Source of the DNA: Salisapilia sapeloensis CBS 127946
Lineage: Eukaryota; Protista; Oomycota
Length of the DNA: 64,000 nucleotides
Assembly (NCBI GenBank): GCA_023334545.1
Contig: JAADVB010000075.1
Coordinates: 1 to 64,000, forward strand
Direction: 5' to 3'
Part shown: positions 10,727 to 22,913 of the stretch, piece by piece
Numbering within the stretch: position 1 is the first letter of the stretch
How the letters are laid out: every line of letters begins with the position of its first letter
Translations under genes and position numbers: made by a program
The notes under the pieces: generated by a model
Database searches by the model: none
Seen by the model: the letters and a program-made list of their open reading frames with translations, nothing else
What the model was told of the DNA's origin: nothing

Positions 10727-12216
10727 TCGGCGGCAACGAAGTGTCCACGAGTGTCGAGGCACTTAGACCTCGGTCTTCTAGTAACTTGGTAATCGTTTCA
10801 ATGTACTGCTCTCTCGTTAGTCTTGTGTCTATCATTTACAATAAAGAAAACAACGTACCGACGTACGAAGTGTTCGGAAACCACGCTTGTGGCTAGCGCG
10901 ATGGGAGATATGGAAGTGGACGACCCACTTGGTCATCGGTTCAAGCGCAATGAGACTTTCATTCCCTCGCGCACGTTCAATGAGACTATCCTCTTCTCTC
11001 AAATTCAGATGCAGAAGGTCCTTGGACTTTTCAGATGCGGCCACGGAGCTTGGGTTTCTCGTCAAAGGATTCTTCTCTGGTTTCTTATGAGCAAAAGCTG
11101 CTTCTAGCTGTAGTATCCGGTCTAGATCCTGCATGAACGCTCGGACTTGTGATGTACTTGCGTGGGCAGGAAGGCGGATACGTAGCTGGAGACGCCAGAA
11201 GTAGGACTGGATGACGGTAGTAGCTAGCGATACGGTTTGTCCCGCAGGAATGTAGAGCTTGGAGTCGTCATCCGTTGTGACGACGAGGAAACCTAATGGA
11301 GCGTCGCTTATGCTTCCTTGGCTCGTGCCGGGCAGCTGAATGCGCGTATCGATGTGCAGCATGTTGGAGAGGAACATGTAGTGCCCACCCATCACGTTCC
11401 GGAGCTAAGTAAAAGACTTAGCAAGAGGATAGCAAGATGAGAAAGAGAAGAAATGTACGATTGGGAGTGTCGCGACGGATATACATAGGAAGAAGGCGGA
11501 TGAAAAGACAAAGCGCAGTCGCTCGTCCTCTCCGATGAGCGTATCTAGGTAATACGTGTAGACTACGAGCACAAGGAAGATGATCTTGGCCATCTATTAC
11601 CACACGCATTTCAGCATATATACATGAGTAGCTTGTGCATCAAATAGTCCGTACGGTTGACCCTTCCTCCAGTAGCGTGATACGGCCAGCTTTATCCGCG
11701 TCCGACATTTTCGGTCGCTCTTCCTCGGCTTCCTCATGCTCTATTTTCTCTGTCTCTCGACGAATGATGTACTAGATCAATGTTGTAAGCTTCCTACCAG
11801 GTACGACAGATCTATAGGTATCGTACCGCCCGGAGGACATTAAATACAGCGTCCAGCCAAACGACGAGACAGATGCCAAAGCCCCAGGAAGGCCATTGAC
11901 ACAGGATTTTGTCGAGATTCGACGCCTTGAGCGATATCCAGAGCATGCCTGTGCGAAACAAAAGGGCCGTCTGCCACCGCCCAAGCCGCTTGGCATCATC
12001 CGGCCATCGCCAGCTCCGAGGACTGCCTTTACGAAGGATAAAAAAGATAATCCGAGTAATCGGGTCCGTGAGCACGGTCGAGAGTGCAACGAGGACGAGT
12101 GCAACGTAGGACTGCCACGCCCCACTGGCTTCCTTCCACCAATCCCCCCACCTGTCCATTCGGATGAGGCAAATATCACCCTCCGTGAGCTCCTCGGTGG
12201 TCATACTACCCTCCAT
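10716..12216 (-). CDS. Mechanosensitive channel MscS-like membrane protein, about 5 exons
   Basis: ORFs 11812-12216, 11405-11593 and 10832-11395 join through GTACG...TAG/CAG introns and give several TM helices. These are followed by LRNVMGGHYMFLSNMLHIDTRIQL...GFLVVTTDDDSKLYIPAGQ (MscS beta domain pattern) and WRLQLRIRLPAHASTSQVRAFMQDLDRIL (MscS C-terminal pattern). Confidence 0.55.
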
Positions 12217-12274
12217 GATCGATCCCTTGTTTTGAATCGTTTCAAAAGCGTGATTATTGGTGTCCAGAAGCGAG
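12217..12274. promoter_or_regulatory. 58-bp putative bidirectional promoter with a 7-bp inverted repeat and reverse CCAAT
   Basis: Lies between divergent ATGs at 12216(-) and 12275(+). Contains TTTTGAA-TCGT-TTCAAAA (12230-12247) and ATTGG (12256-12260). Confidence 0.5.
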
Positions 12275-12906
12275 ATGAGTACGCAGCGAGGGAACGTAAA
12301 GAAGCAGCGAGCGCCGAGGCATCAGAACTCGTTCGCTTTCAGACATAATCCCAAGTCGAAGAAGACGCAGAAGATTCTCGCTGCGCCAATTCAAGGACTG
12401 TGCGAGAAATGCCATGCGCAGATTGAGTGGCGGAAGAAGTACCGCAAGTATAAGCCATTGACACAACCTGCGACTTGGTACGATTGGACATGTAGACTTT
12501 AGATGCTTCTGTGGCTTATGACGGTGGAATGTAGTGCGGACTGCCATCAAAAGACCGTCAAGGCGGCATATCACACCCTATGCGAACCATGCGCCAAGGT
12601 ACGTCGAATTACAATTCATTTCATTTAGCTAGTACTCAGTCTACACTACAGGCTCGAGACGTGTGTGCCAAGTGCTGTGAAACGAAGGAGATCGTACCAA
12701 GGTACTAGCACATCTTTCGCCAGTCTGATTCGCCATCTAATCCTGTCCGTAGCGCCGAAGAAGTCGAAGCAGAGCAAGCCCAGCAAGAAGAAGAACAGGC
12801 TGAATTGATCAAAGGCATGTCCGAACGAGAACGCCGAGCCTACCTTCGCGCGAACGGCATCGAACGCGTGGCCACCAATGTCGACGACGAGGACGAGGAC
12901 TTGTAG
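12275..12906 (+). CDS. C9orf85-like (DUF2039) small Cys-rich protein, 4 exons
   Basis: MSTQRGNVKKQRAPRHQNSFAF...GLCEKCHAQIEWRKKYRKYKPLTQPAT/CADCHQKTVKAAYHTLCEPCAK/ARDVCAKC matches the conserved C9orf85 pattern. Confidence 0.85.
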
Positions 12907-13227
12907 TTCGAGTCGTGTCGTCCGTCGTCGTAGAGATAGCTTACGTCAACATTTTTTACTTTCAATCATACTCTTTTTTCCCCTGTACTTGCGTCTAGCT
13001 CATCCAGCTAGACCACCGTACTACTTTGCCTTGACGTCCATGTAGCGCATGACAAGCAGCTACTTCAGACCTGACGCTTGCTGACGTCACTTGTGTCGGA
13101 CGTAATCAGGGACACATGATTCCGACGTCACGCACTTGGCCTATTAAAACGAGACACATGCCGACAATAGCTGGTGGGCATCACAATTCCTTTCGCATCG
13201 TACGCCCCTGCACGTCTCGTTGGAGGT

Positions 13228-14318
13228 ATGGACAAGACACAGGCACCACCACCGCTCTTCGAGGAGGTCCCAAGCCTCCGGTTCCTCTACCCGTTCGAGT
13301 GGGAACGCAATTGGGTACGTACAATCGACAAAAGATGCAATTGACGAGACTGACGCAGGACTATGCAGCGCGTCGGCGGACAAGTCGAGTTTTGCCGAGA
13401 AACGCTGCCGCATGCCGTTGCACTCTGTGCTGCCTATGCCATCCTCTGCTTCGTAGGTCAGTGGATCATGCGAGACCGCAAGCCGTTCAACCTGCGCATG
13501 TACGTCTCTTGTGATGCCTCCCTCGTCCTGCATGCCCAACTCACTCTTCTCTTGTCTGCAATAGCCCGCTCGCATTGTGGAACCTCGGGCTAGCCGTCTT
13601 TAGCTTCATCGGAAGCATCCGCACAGCCCCTTTCCTGCTCAACAGCCTCTACCGCCGTGGACTCTACTACTCGGCGTGCACACCGCCGATGGAGCACTAC
13701 GGTCAAGGCCCGATCGGCTTGTGGGTGACGCTCTTCATCTTCTCCAAGGTGCCAGAGCTCGTCGACACGTTCTTCATCGTCATCCGCAAGAAGCCGCTCA
13801 TCTTCCTCCATTGGTACCACCACATCACCGTCCTGCTCTTCTGCTGGCATGCATTCGCGACGCTCTCGGCCAGGTATGCATCCTCTTGTTGACGCTTGCC
13901 TTTGCCCATACTAACCGCTGCATGCAGCGGACTCTTCTTCGTCGCGATGAACTACACGGTGCATGCGATTATGTACTTTTACTACTTTTTGACCGCTTGC
14001 GGCTACCGCCCCAAGTGGGCACTAGCTGTCACCGTGTTCCAGCTGAGTCAGGTACGTTCTGTTTAACATGATTCCGTCCGCCACTATGCTCATCGTTGTG
14101 GATTGTATTGGCAGATGGTCGTCGGCGTCTTCGTCTGCGGCGCCAACCTGTACTACATCAACAAGGGCTACGACTGCAGCATCGACCGAGACAACCTCAA
14201 GTGGGCTGTCCTCATGTACTCGAGCTACTTTGCACTCTTCCTCAAGTTCTTCCTCGAGCGCTACTGTTTGCGTAAACGCTCCTCTTCGCCGACGTCTAAG
14301 AAGTCCAAGGCCGAGTAG
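13228..14318 (+). CDS. ELO/GNS1/SUR4 fatty-acid elongase, copy 1 (5 exons)
   Basis: FIFSKVPELVDTFFIVIRKKPLIFLHWYHHITVLLFCWH (HxxHH box), AMNYTVHAIMYFYY and MYSSYFALFLKFF. Four GT-AG introns. Confidence 0.95.
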
Positions 14319-14688
14319 AGCTTTCCATCGACCAAGCTAGCTCCTGCTTTCGACCCTGTAGCACTGCTTCCCATTTTCCAAGAGACGTACTAGAACCCTC
14401 GTCTTGGTGACGTCGCTTAAGCTCCAGGGCAAATAGATTTTTGAAACCTCTCGCTACCTGGCCTTACGCTTGCTTTGCCACCAGCTCGAATGAAAAGATC
14501 AGCCTTCAGACGCTGACTCGAGCTTCGTCACCATCTTTTCATGCTTTTCTACGAGACGCCTACCACCCGTTTGTATCACCTACGTCGCTACTAATCTGCA
14601 CCGCAACAGGTGATCTAACACGCAAGCTCGCCCAGATCAACCAGAATCCGATTCGCCTCGCCCCCGAACACAACACATCCTCATCGGA

Positions 14689-15778
14689 ATGGAGCAGTCG
14701 CACAAGACGCCCTTGCTCTTCGAAGAGGTCCCGAGCCTACGCTTCCTCTACCCGTTCGAGGCTGAGCGCAACTGGGTACGCTATTTATGCTTTAAAATCC
14801 CCGTTTTAAATCTAATTTGTAACTTTTGCTGGACCACAGCCACTCGGTGGACAAGTGGAGCTCGTCGCCTCCACCCTCCCGCATGCCATCGCCCTCTGTG
14901 TTGTCTACGTCCTGCTCATCTTTGGCGGACAATGGTACATGCGCGACCGTAAGCCCTTCGATCTCCGTGTGTACGTATCCAAGCATTACATATGCATATA
15001 TCATGTCATCTCATGCTTGTCATCAGACCGCTGGCGCTTTGGAACCTCGGGCTAGCTGTCTTCAGTTTCATCGGTAGTCTCCGTGTCGTCCCGTTCTTGC
15101 TGAACCACATCTACCGCCGTGGACTCTACCACGCGTCCTGCGGCCACCCATTGGACAACTATGGCCACGGTCCGATCGGCTTGTGGGCGACCTTGTTCGT
15201 CTTCTCGAAAATCCCAGAGCTTGTGGACACTCTATTCATCGTCGCTCGCAAGAAGCCGCTCATCTTCCTCCACTGGTACCACCACATCACCGTCCTACTC
15301 TTCTGCTGGCACGGATACGCGACGCTGTCTGCTAGGTATCTTCCATGGCTGCAATCTTCCTCCCTCCCGATCTAACCGTTTATTATTGTCTAGTGGACTG
15401 TTTTTCGTCGCGATGAATTACACGGTGCATGCCGTCATGTACTTTTACTACTTCCTCACGGCATGCGGATACCGTCCGCGATGGGCGTTGGGTGTCACCG
15501 TTCTCCAACTGAGTCAGGTATTTTCTCTACTTTCCATCTCTACAGACTCTATGCTAACATAAACTGTTTTTATCTAGATGGCTGTCGGTGTGACTGTCTG
15601 TGGCCTCGACCTGTACTACTTGAACAAGGGCTACAAGTGCAGCATCGACACGGACAACCTTAAATGGGCTGTCATCATGTACTCGAGCTACTTTGCGCTC
15701 TTCCTCAAGTTCTTCCTCGAACGCTATTGCTTCAGCAAACGGTCATCCAATGCATCGAAGCAGAAAAAGGTTGAGTAG
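14689..15778 (+). CDS. ELO/GNS1/SUR4 fatty-acid elongase, copy 2 (tandem paralog)
   Basis: Same motifs (SKIPELVDT, FLHWYHHITVLLFCWH, MNYTVHAVMYFYY) and the same four intron positions as copy 1. Confidence 0.95.
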
Positions 15779-15942
15779 CATGTGTCTTAGTCCGATCCTT
15801 TCCTTTCGTTAGCAGTACAAGAGAAATAGATCGTCGTGATAGCTTCTCCTTTGTCATTGTTTGCGTCATGATTTTTGAAGTTGATCGCAACCTTTCAAGA
15901 TGCCTACATCCTCCCCTCCGTATAGTAACAAGACCAAGGACC

Positions 15943-17007
15943 ATGGACGAAGCAGAGTCGACCAAGCACATCGATGTGGACGAAGGAACGTACTGGGGAC
16001 GCGTACGCAAGAACCTCGACATGCTAGATGTCCGCATGGCATTCGTTACGCCACACCAATTACAAGATGCTCTTCGTGTACTCGAAGACAGACGTACGCC
16101 ATATTGTGTCATTCGCCTTTCAAATCCTCTCACGCTTCCTAATCACATGTAGAGAACGGGGAGATTGTAAGCGACGAGGAATATGCCAAGGCAGCTAAAA
16201 TCAAGCGGGGGATCATCCATCCCGACACAGGTACATTGAAAACGTATTTACACTATCTTTCCAGTCCCATGACGAGTGTCCACAGGAGAAGCCGTCTTTG
16301 CACCGTTGAGAGCATCCATGATCGTTCCGATGAACATGCTCATGGATGGCGCTATGCTCTTGGCACGTACCTCCACACAGACCGTGTTCGCGCAGTGGCT
16401 CAATCAGACGTACAATGCGCTTCATTACTATGCCAATCGCAATGCCACCAACCACGATTCGGCACAGCAGCGACTCGTTGCGTATGTTGGCGCGACAGCC
16501 AGTTCTGTTGCTGCTTCTCTCGGTATCCGTGCCTTGGCCAAGCGTCGACAGTCGCCACTCCTTGCTCGATTCGCTCCCTTTGCTGCCGTCGCGGCTGCCG
16601 ATTTGCTCAATCTGTCGGTCATGAGGCAAAGCGAATTCATGATCGGAGTCAACGTGTACGATGAGAATGGTGACTGGATTGGGAAGAGCAAACGTGCCGG
16701 TGCATTGGCAGTTGGTTCTTGTATCGCAGGTCGAATTTTCGCGGCTGCTCCGATTCTAATCGGACCTCCATTGATCATGCAGCGACTGGAAAAGCGACCG
16801 GCGTTCATCAAGAGGCCGTGGCTGCGAGTACCGACTCTCCTAGGTCTAGTGGGACTCGCCATCCAGTGCTCCGTGCCGCTCACGTTTGGACTGTTCCGAC
16901 AGACGGCACAAGTGGAAGCGCACCACTTGGAGAACGATATCGCGCGTGCAACGAGGAAAAAGGATGGTAACCCAGTGCACTTGGTCACGTACAACAAGGG
17001 CATCTAG
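15943..17007 (+). CDS. SFXN: Sideroflexin (mitochondrial tricarboxylate/serine carrier family)
   Basis: IIHPDTGEAVFAPLRASMIVPMNM, FAQWLNQTYNALHYYANRNA, RFAPFAAVAAADLLNLSVMRQSE and the terminal YNKGI are sideroflexin signatures. Two introns. Confidence 0.92.
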
Positions 17008-17108
17008 AACGTCTGGATCTGTAGATACGACGTGTGGAACGATAGACGTGGTTTTTGCCAAACGAAAAGTATTTATAGTCTCTTGATTTCCATTTCTCTC
17101 GATCGACC

Positions 17109-18494
17109 ATGGAGGAAGAGTTCTCGGCCGAGAATGCGTTTAAACAGCAAGTGGATACGCTTCAGGCCGAGTGTCTTCAGGCACGAGTGCTCCAACTCCA
17201 GGAAGAGAACGATACGTTCCGGTCACGACATGATAAACGAGAGCAAGAGACGCATGAGTTCGTCGCTTACTTTCAAAAAGAGCTGCAGGCGAGAGACCGA
17301 CAGATTAGCAAGTTAACGGAGGAGATGGCTGCGTTGAAACTCAAGCACACGCTAGCGCTTGAAAATGTGACGCAGACAAAGGACGGTGTGATCCAGCAAA
17401 TGCAGTTACAGCTTTCTACGAAAGAGGAAGGGTACCAGGAGCAATTACGAGAGATGCAGGAGGAACTAGTGCAGCTCGAGAGGTTCCAAGACGTCAAAAG
17501 TACGATTGAGTCCAAGGTGAAAGACCTTGAGAGTCAATTGCTTAAGGAAAAGGTCCAAGGGAAGGAAAGCTTGGAAATGCTGGAGCGCAAGTTCTTGGAG
17601 GAACAGTCAAAGCTCCGGAAGGAACATGATAAAAAGATGGAGCAGGTACGACAGCAGGCGACGGAGGATGCTCGACAAGGACTGGATGCAGAAACCCGGA
17701 AGATCATGGCTGATAATCGGAGGATGGGCGAAGAGCTTCGCTTCCAACTGCAGATGACCGACGAGCTGCATCAAGAGAAGGCAAAATTGGAACAGGAACA
17801 CAAGCGCTTGGTAACAGAGATAGATCTGGCACAGTCCAAGGAACGAGAGTACGCCTTACACTCGCAACGCCAAGCTCGAGAGATCAAACAGCTTCGATCC
17901 AACCTCCGTGATCAGGAGAAGCGAGCGAGCTCGACACTATCGGACATGCAAAAGGAACAGCAAACAGCAGCGCTACAGGCTGAGCGAGACAAGCAGGAAG
18001 CGACGATGGATGCCGACGGACTGCGGAGGTTACTACAACTAAAGAATCGAGAGCTACGAAACCTAAGGCGGCTGTCCCAGACGATACTGGATCAGCGTAC
18101 AGACGTCGAGCAGTTCTTCCTAGATGCCTTGGCGCACGTTCGGAAGCAGATATTGGAAGAACGCAAAGCGAAGCGAGAGGAGGATCGAAAACGATATGAA
18201 TCTGAAATGACAAGGGCAAATGGCGGAAAGACGCCTGTCAAGTTTCCACCGCTGCGATCCCATTCGACTCCTGGTCCGAAAGACGAGATGAAAGTGGACA
18301 TCCGGCAGTTGTCATGGGAAGACAGGGAGCGAGTGCTACGACTCGTCTTTGCACGTATCAATGGAAGCAAGAGCATGGCCGCGACGGCACCTCCATCTCC
18401 ACGAGAAGATCGCATCGCGAACCAAAGTAGCGAGAGCGTGTATTATACAACGGAGCCGTCTGGATACCTGGAAGCAGTAACCGAGACCGAGTAG
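17109..18494 (+). CDS. BBOF1: Basal body-orientation factor 1 (BBOF1/CCDC176) coiled-coil protein
   Basis: 461-aa coiled coil with ILDQRTDVEQFFLDALAHVRKQI and VDIRQLSWEDRERVLRLVFARING, matching the BBOF1 C-terminal motifs. Confidence 0.85.
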   Translation: MEEEFSAENAFKQQVDTLQAECLQARVLQLQEENDTFRSRHDKREQETHEFVAYFQKELQARDRQISKLTEEMAALKLKHTLALENVTQTKDGVIQQMQLQLSTKEEGYQEQLREMQEELVQLERFQDVKSTIESKVKDLESQLLKEKVQGKESLEMLERKFLEEQSKLRKEHDKKMEQVRQQATEDARQGLDAETRKIMADNRRMGEELRFQLQMTDELHQEKAKLEQEHKRLVTEIDLAQSKEREYALHSQRQAREIKQLRSNLRDQEKRASSTLSDMQKEQQTAALQAERDKQEATMDADGLRRLLQLKNRELRNLRRLSQTILDQRTDVEQFFLDALAHVRKQILEERKAKREEDRKRYESEMTRANGGKTPVKFPPLRSHSTPGPKDEMKVDIRQLSWEDRERVLRLVFARINGSKSMAATAPPSPREDRIANQSSESVYYTTEPSGYLEAVTETE

Positions 18495-18635
18495 GATAGT
18501 GCCAACATGCACATGTCTTCAACGTCTGCGCATGCCATTGAACTCTAGGACAAGTACGAACTAACTGGCCGTGAACAAAATACGTACATTACTCCTGCAC
18601 ATTCTCTTCCTATCACTTTTCTATCAAACGTACCT

Positions 18636-20069
18636 TTAAGAGTACGCGACTCGTTGGTCGTTCACCTGTTCGTCGTCCGATTCATACCGTAGCGGATCTT
18701 GGAACAAGTCGCCTCCGTGCGTCCACCGCGTCTGGTCTCGCTTACTATCTCGCATGGACGACGGACTGGACACTTCCGTCCCGTACGAGTGGTAGAGAGA
18801 TGTCCCCAATAACGTCTCATCGTGGTGCTTGTCCGTAGCGTTGATGATGTGGAAGACGCCAAAGTCTGGTAGTTTATTACTATTTGATGAACGATGTCGA
18901 GGGGCTGCGACACCTCCGACCTTGGTCGTGATAAGACAGAGGAGCAGAACGGTCGGGAGGAACTCCCAGAAACAAAAGAAGACAAAGCAAGCAAACGTCG
19001 TGACGCGGCCATTCATATCGAGTTGGTTCCAAATGCTCAGAAACCAGTTCTGAGACGTCGCCAAATCCCGAACGGACCGCGTGAAGAAGATGACGAACAG
19101 CAAGACGTTGATGATCGCGAGACTCTGTCGCGTAGAAATATTAGTGGAAAGAGCAAAACCGTTTTGTGGAGCCATGTACTCTGGGTTTGGAGATCAACAG
19201 ACGTCGACGCTTCCAACTTTCCACCTACGTCACATGCCTATAAGCAATGTACTAGACAAAAGTGCAAAGGATGTACGTACATTGGCCATTTTCCATCCAA
19301 AGAAACCGAAAAGAAAGGAGAGGAGGAAGAAGGAGATGGCAGAGTATGCTAGCTGGATACTGACGTCCGAGACTTGGGAAAACTCTTGGTCGTATTCATC
19401 CTACATGACTCAAACGGTTGGTGACCTTTGCTGGTGAGACTACTTGTCAGCAGCTTTAGCAGTGATGATGACAACATACTCCGTACTCGATCGCAGCATT
19501 GATATCGTCAGACAATGTGAATGCCCACACGACAGTGAAGACACCTGCGAAAGAAATAGAGTCAGAGACGCTATCAACACGACTTCGTTCAGATAGTACC
19601 CATGGATAGAGATAACGCCAGGTATAGAGGTATACATATTCTTCTCCACCGAGTTCTCCACTCTTTCCCCGTCAACACTTGTATGTAGAAGAGCACGAGG
19701 AGAGAAAAGCTCGCGAATCTGTCCGTGCCGAGTGCATCGATACTCGCAATTAAGTCCTGTACAAAAGGTCGTAGCGTACTACTAGGCAACGTACTGAAGT
19801 GGCGTTGGCAGCCAATACAAGAGGTACAGCTCGAGATACGTCATGCTATCGCGAGTCTGGAGGATGACCCAGTAGGCCGCTCGAACGAGCGTCCAGAGGA
19901 GGCAGAGCGTATAGAAGCTCGTGGACCACGACAAGACCTTGTTCTTGTTCAAGAGTGATGCCAAGAGACGTGTGAGCAAGAATAGGAACAAGGCGATGCA
20001 CATGGCTGTCAAGAGGAGCGCATAGATCGTAGGCGCCGGCCCCGTTCGATCGCCGCCACGCTCGCTCAT
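18636..20069 (-). CDS. GPR137/THH1-TOM1-TOM3-like multi-pass membrane protein, multi-exon
   Basis: FYTLCLLWTLVRAAYW, LLYWLPTPLQ.FASFSLLVLFY and FCFWEFLPTVLLL. About 7 TM segments over several exons. Confidence 0.65.
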
Positions 20070-20189
20070 TTTAGCTTGTCAACAAAATAGCATCACACCC
20101 TCTCCATACAAAGTATCTATCAAAGATACAGAATATAATGAGACGTATCTTAAAGAGTCGTGATAATCAGATGGATAGTGCATCAAGCC

Positions 20190-21749
20190 AAGTCTGTTGG
20201 TCACGACGTCAGTTCCTCGATGCTGTGCATGAAGGTCAAGCGGCAGTAGAGAAAGAATATACGTATATTAGAATCAACTTCCTTGTGTTGCTTTCTTTCT
20301 GCTACCCATGGTCTAGTCCCATATGATAGATGTCAACTTACTTTCGAACGTATCGACGGATGACATCCAGGAGCGGACGAAGACGACGACGCTGCTCGGC
20401 ATCCCCTGAAGCTGTTGCGAGGTAGTCATCTGCCAAAGAAAAATCAGTCAAGTGGTATCTCACTCAATTGTAATGCATTATCACCTTGGAGGTTGCGTAG
20501 AGCTGTAATCGTCTCGGATGAGTCGATGTACTGCTCCTAGAGGTAAGCGTTAGCATTCCAAATAGGTAGAGTCTATCAGACGTAAGCTTACTGTATGCGT
20601 TTGGAAGTCTTCCGTATCACATAGTAGAGCCAAGGTCTCTGCGCCAGTCAAGACCGTCGCATGGCCGAGCAAGTGCCCGTTCGAGCTCAGGTGCATGGCT
20701 AGTAGAGCAAGCACGCGTTTCTCCTCAATAAGTGGCATGATCCTAAATGTAGAGTACGTTAGCTGCCTAACGCATCGCAAGTGTAATCACTAGGAAAGAT
20801 GACCTCGATTCGTCGATCGACTCTAGCTGCTTGCAGAGTCCCCATAGAAAGTGGACGACCGTCACTTCCTGACAGTTGTCCACATCCCGATTAGCAAGGT
20901 ACTACAGGACGGTGTAGACAGTTAGCAATGGTTGTAGAAGGTGATAGAATAGATATGAAACTACCTCTGGGTTCTCCAGACTGTACGACAGCACGTCATG
21001 GATGTACTCGATCAAGAGCGGCAGGTCGGTCGTTTGTACTGCTTCTTGGTGGAGCCACGCGTTCTTTAACGTCATGCCCATCCCTCGCTCGAACTTGGCC
21101 ATGTTCTCCATCGTCGAGTCCTGCTCAAAAGGAATTTTCATTGTATGAATGTACTCGACGTTTGTGTACGCTCCCATCGTACCTTGATATTTCCTCGCTC
21201 TAGAACGCGTTTCAAGTAGTCATTATAGGCGACGAGGTTCCGGAGACATCTACACTCGTTGCGTCATAAGCAGAGATAGCAAGATCACGTACATGCGATA
21301 GTATACAGATTCAGTTTAGCGTCTTCGAGTAAATAGCTACGTCTAGCAAGTGAGCATTCGTCCGAATGGTAATGTCGATCAAAAGCGAAATTACCGGAGT
21401 GCGAGCTCTTCACATTCCCACAGTGTGGCATCCGGTCGTTTTGGAAGCGAACGTTCCTATGCATGAAAAACATCCGAATGATCGACGCAATCTTATCAAG
21501 ACTACAAATCCTACCATCTCTGTAATATCGCCGATACGTGCTATCTGCTTTGCCATCTCGATCCAATTGTCCGTGAGCACGGGATAATCAGCCTACAAAG
21601 CCATGAGCTCTGGCTTACCACGTCTACAAACACAAACGCACCATGAACCGAACATGCGCCCTCAGATCCGCGGCAAGCTTGGCTGAAAGCTGCTCAAAGT
21701 TATCCGTCGCGTGCTTGGACGCATAGTGGTTCTTGCGCGTACTCGCCAT
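20190..21749 (-). CDS. Intron-rich hypothetical helical protein
   Basis: Consecutive exons with GT-AG borders encode [90 protein letters not shown] and [33 protein letters not shown]. The 3' end is approximate. Confidence 0.65.
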
Positions 21750-21897
21750 GGTGGAGCCGCACGCCCTTTCAAGATCGTTTAACCGGTTGAAACCCTCCTG
21801 GCGTCGGCATTTGATTGGTGGAAAAGGATGTCCGGCGTGGTGCATAGCATACAAAAGTCAAGTGAGACGAAAGGAGAATTTGAGCGGAGATACGAGC

Positions 21898-22913
21898 ATG
21901 GAGTCGCGTGGGGAGATGAAGTCGCTCGACGCCCAAGTCGAGCGCTTGCGACATGCCGAGAACTTGACCGAGATGGAGGTCTATGAGCTGTGCCAAAAGG
22001 CCAAGGAGATCCTGTCGGCCGAAAGCAACGTGCAGCCGGTCAAGTGCCCCGTCACGGTCTGTGGGGACATCCACGGTCAGTTCTACGATCTCCTCGAGCT
22101 CTTCCGGATAGGCGGCAACTGCCCTGACACCAACTACCTCTTCATGGGCGACTATGTCGACCGAGGATACTACTCTGTACGTACAAGCGTCATATCCGAT
22201 CGAATAGTATATACTGACTTGTTTCCTCCTAGCTCGAGAGCGTGACGTTGTTGGTGGCACTTAAGGTCCGCCACCCGGAGCGCATTACGATCCTCCGAGG
22301 CAATCACGAGAGTCGACAGATCACACAGGTCTACGGGTTCTACGACGAGTGTCTGCGCAAGTACGGCAATGCCAACGTCTGGAAGTACTTCACCGACCTC
22401 TTCGACCACTTGCCCATGACGGCGCTCATTGAAAACCGCGTCTTTTGCATGCACGGCGGACTCTCGCCTTCCATCGACACGTTGGATCACGCGCGCGCGC
22501 TCGACCGAGTGCAGGAGGTGCCGCACGAAGGACCCATGTGCGACCTCGTGTGGTCCGACCCGGATGACCGGTGTGGGTGGGGCATCTCCCCTCGTGGTGC
22601 CGGGTACACGTTCGGCCAGGACATTACGGAGCAGTTCAAACGCAGCAACGGCCTGACGTTCATCGCGCGCGCCCACCAGCTCGTGATGGAAGGCTACCAG
22701 TGGACGCACAACCGCGGCGTCGTGACCGTCTTCAGTGCGCCCAACTACTGCTACCGCTGCGGGAACCAGGCAGGACTGATGGAGATCGACGAGGTGATGT
22801 GCGACCGGCAGGGCGAAAAGGTGTACGACACGTGCAAGTTCATCCAGTTCGACCCAGCGCCACGTGATAGTACGTTCAACGAAAAGAAGCGTACGCCCGA
22901 CTACTTTCTCTAG
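21898..22913 (+). CDS. PPP2C: Ser/Thr protein phosphatase 2A catalytic subunit (1 intron)
   Basis: GDIHGQ, GDYVDRG, RGNHE and [12 protein letters not shown] motifs plus the PP2A-specific C-terminus RTPDYFL. Confidence 0.95.

Noticed and set aside
11896-12348. 150-aa plus-strand ORF
   Set aside because: Antisense shadow of the MscS-like exon 1 that also runs out of frame over the C9orf85-like start. The minus frame has TM helices and proper splice sites.
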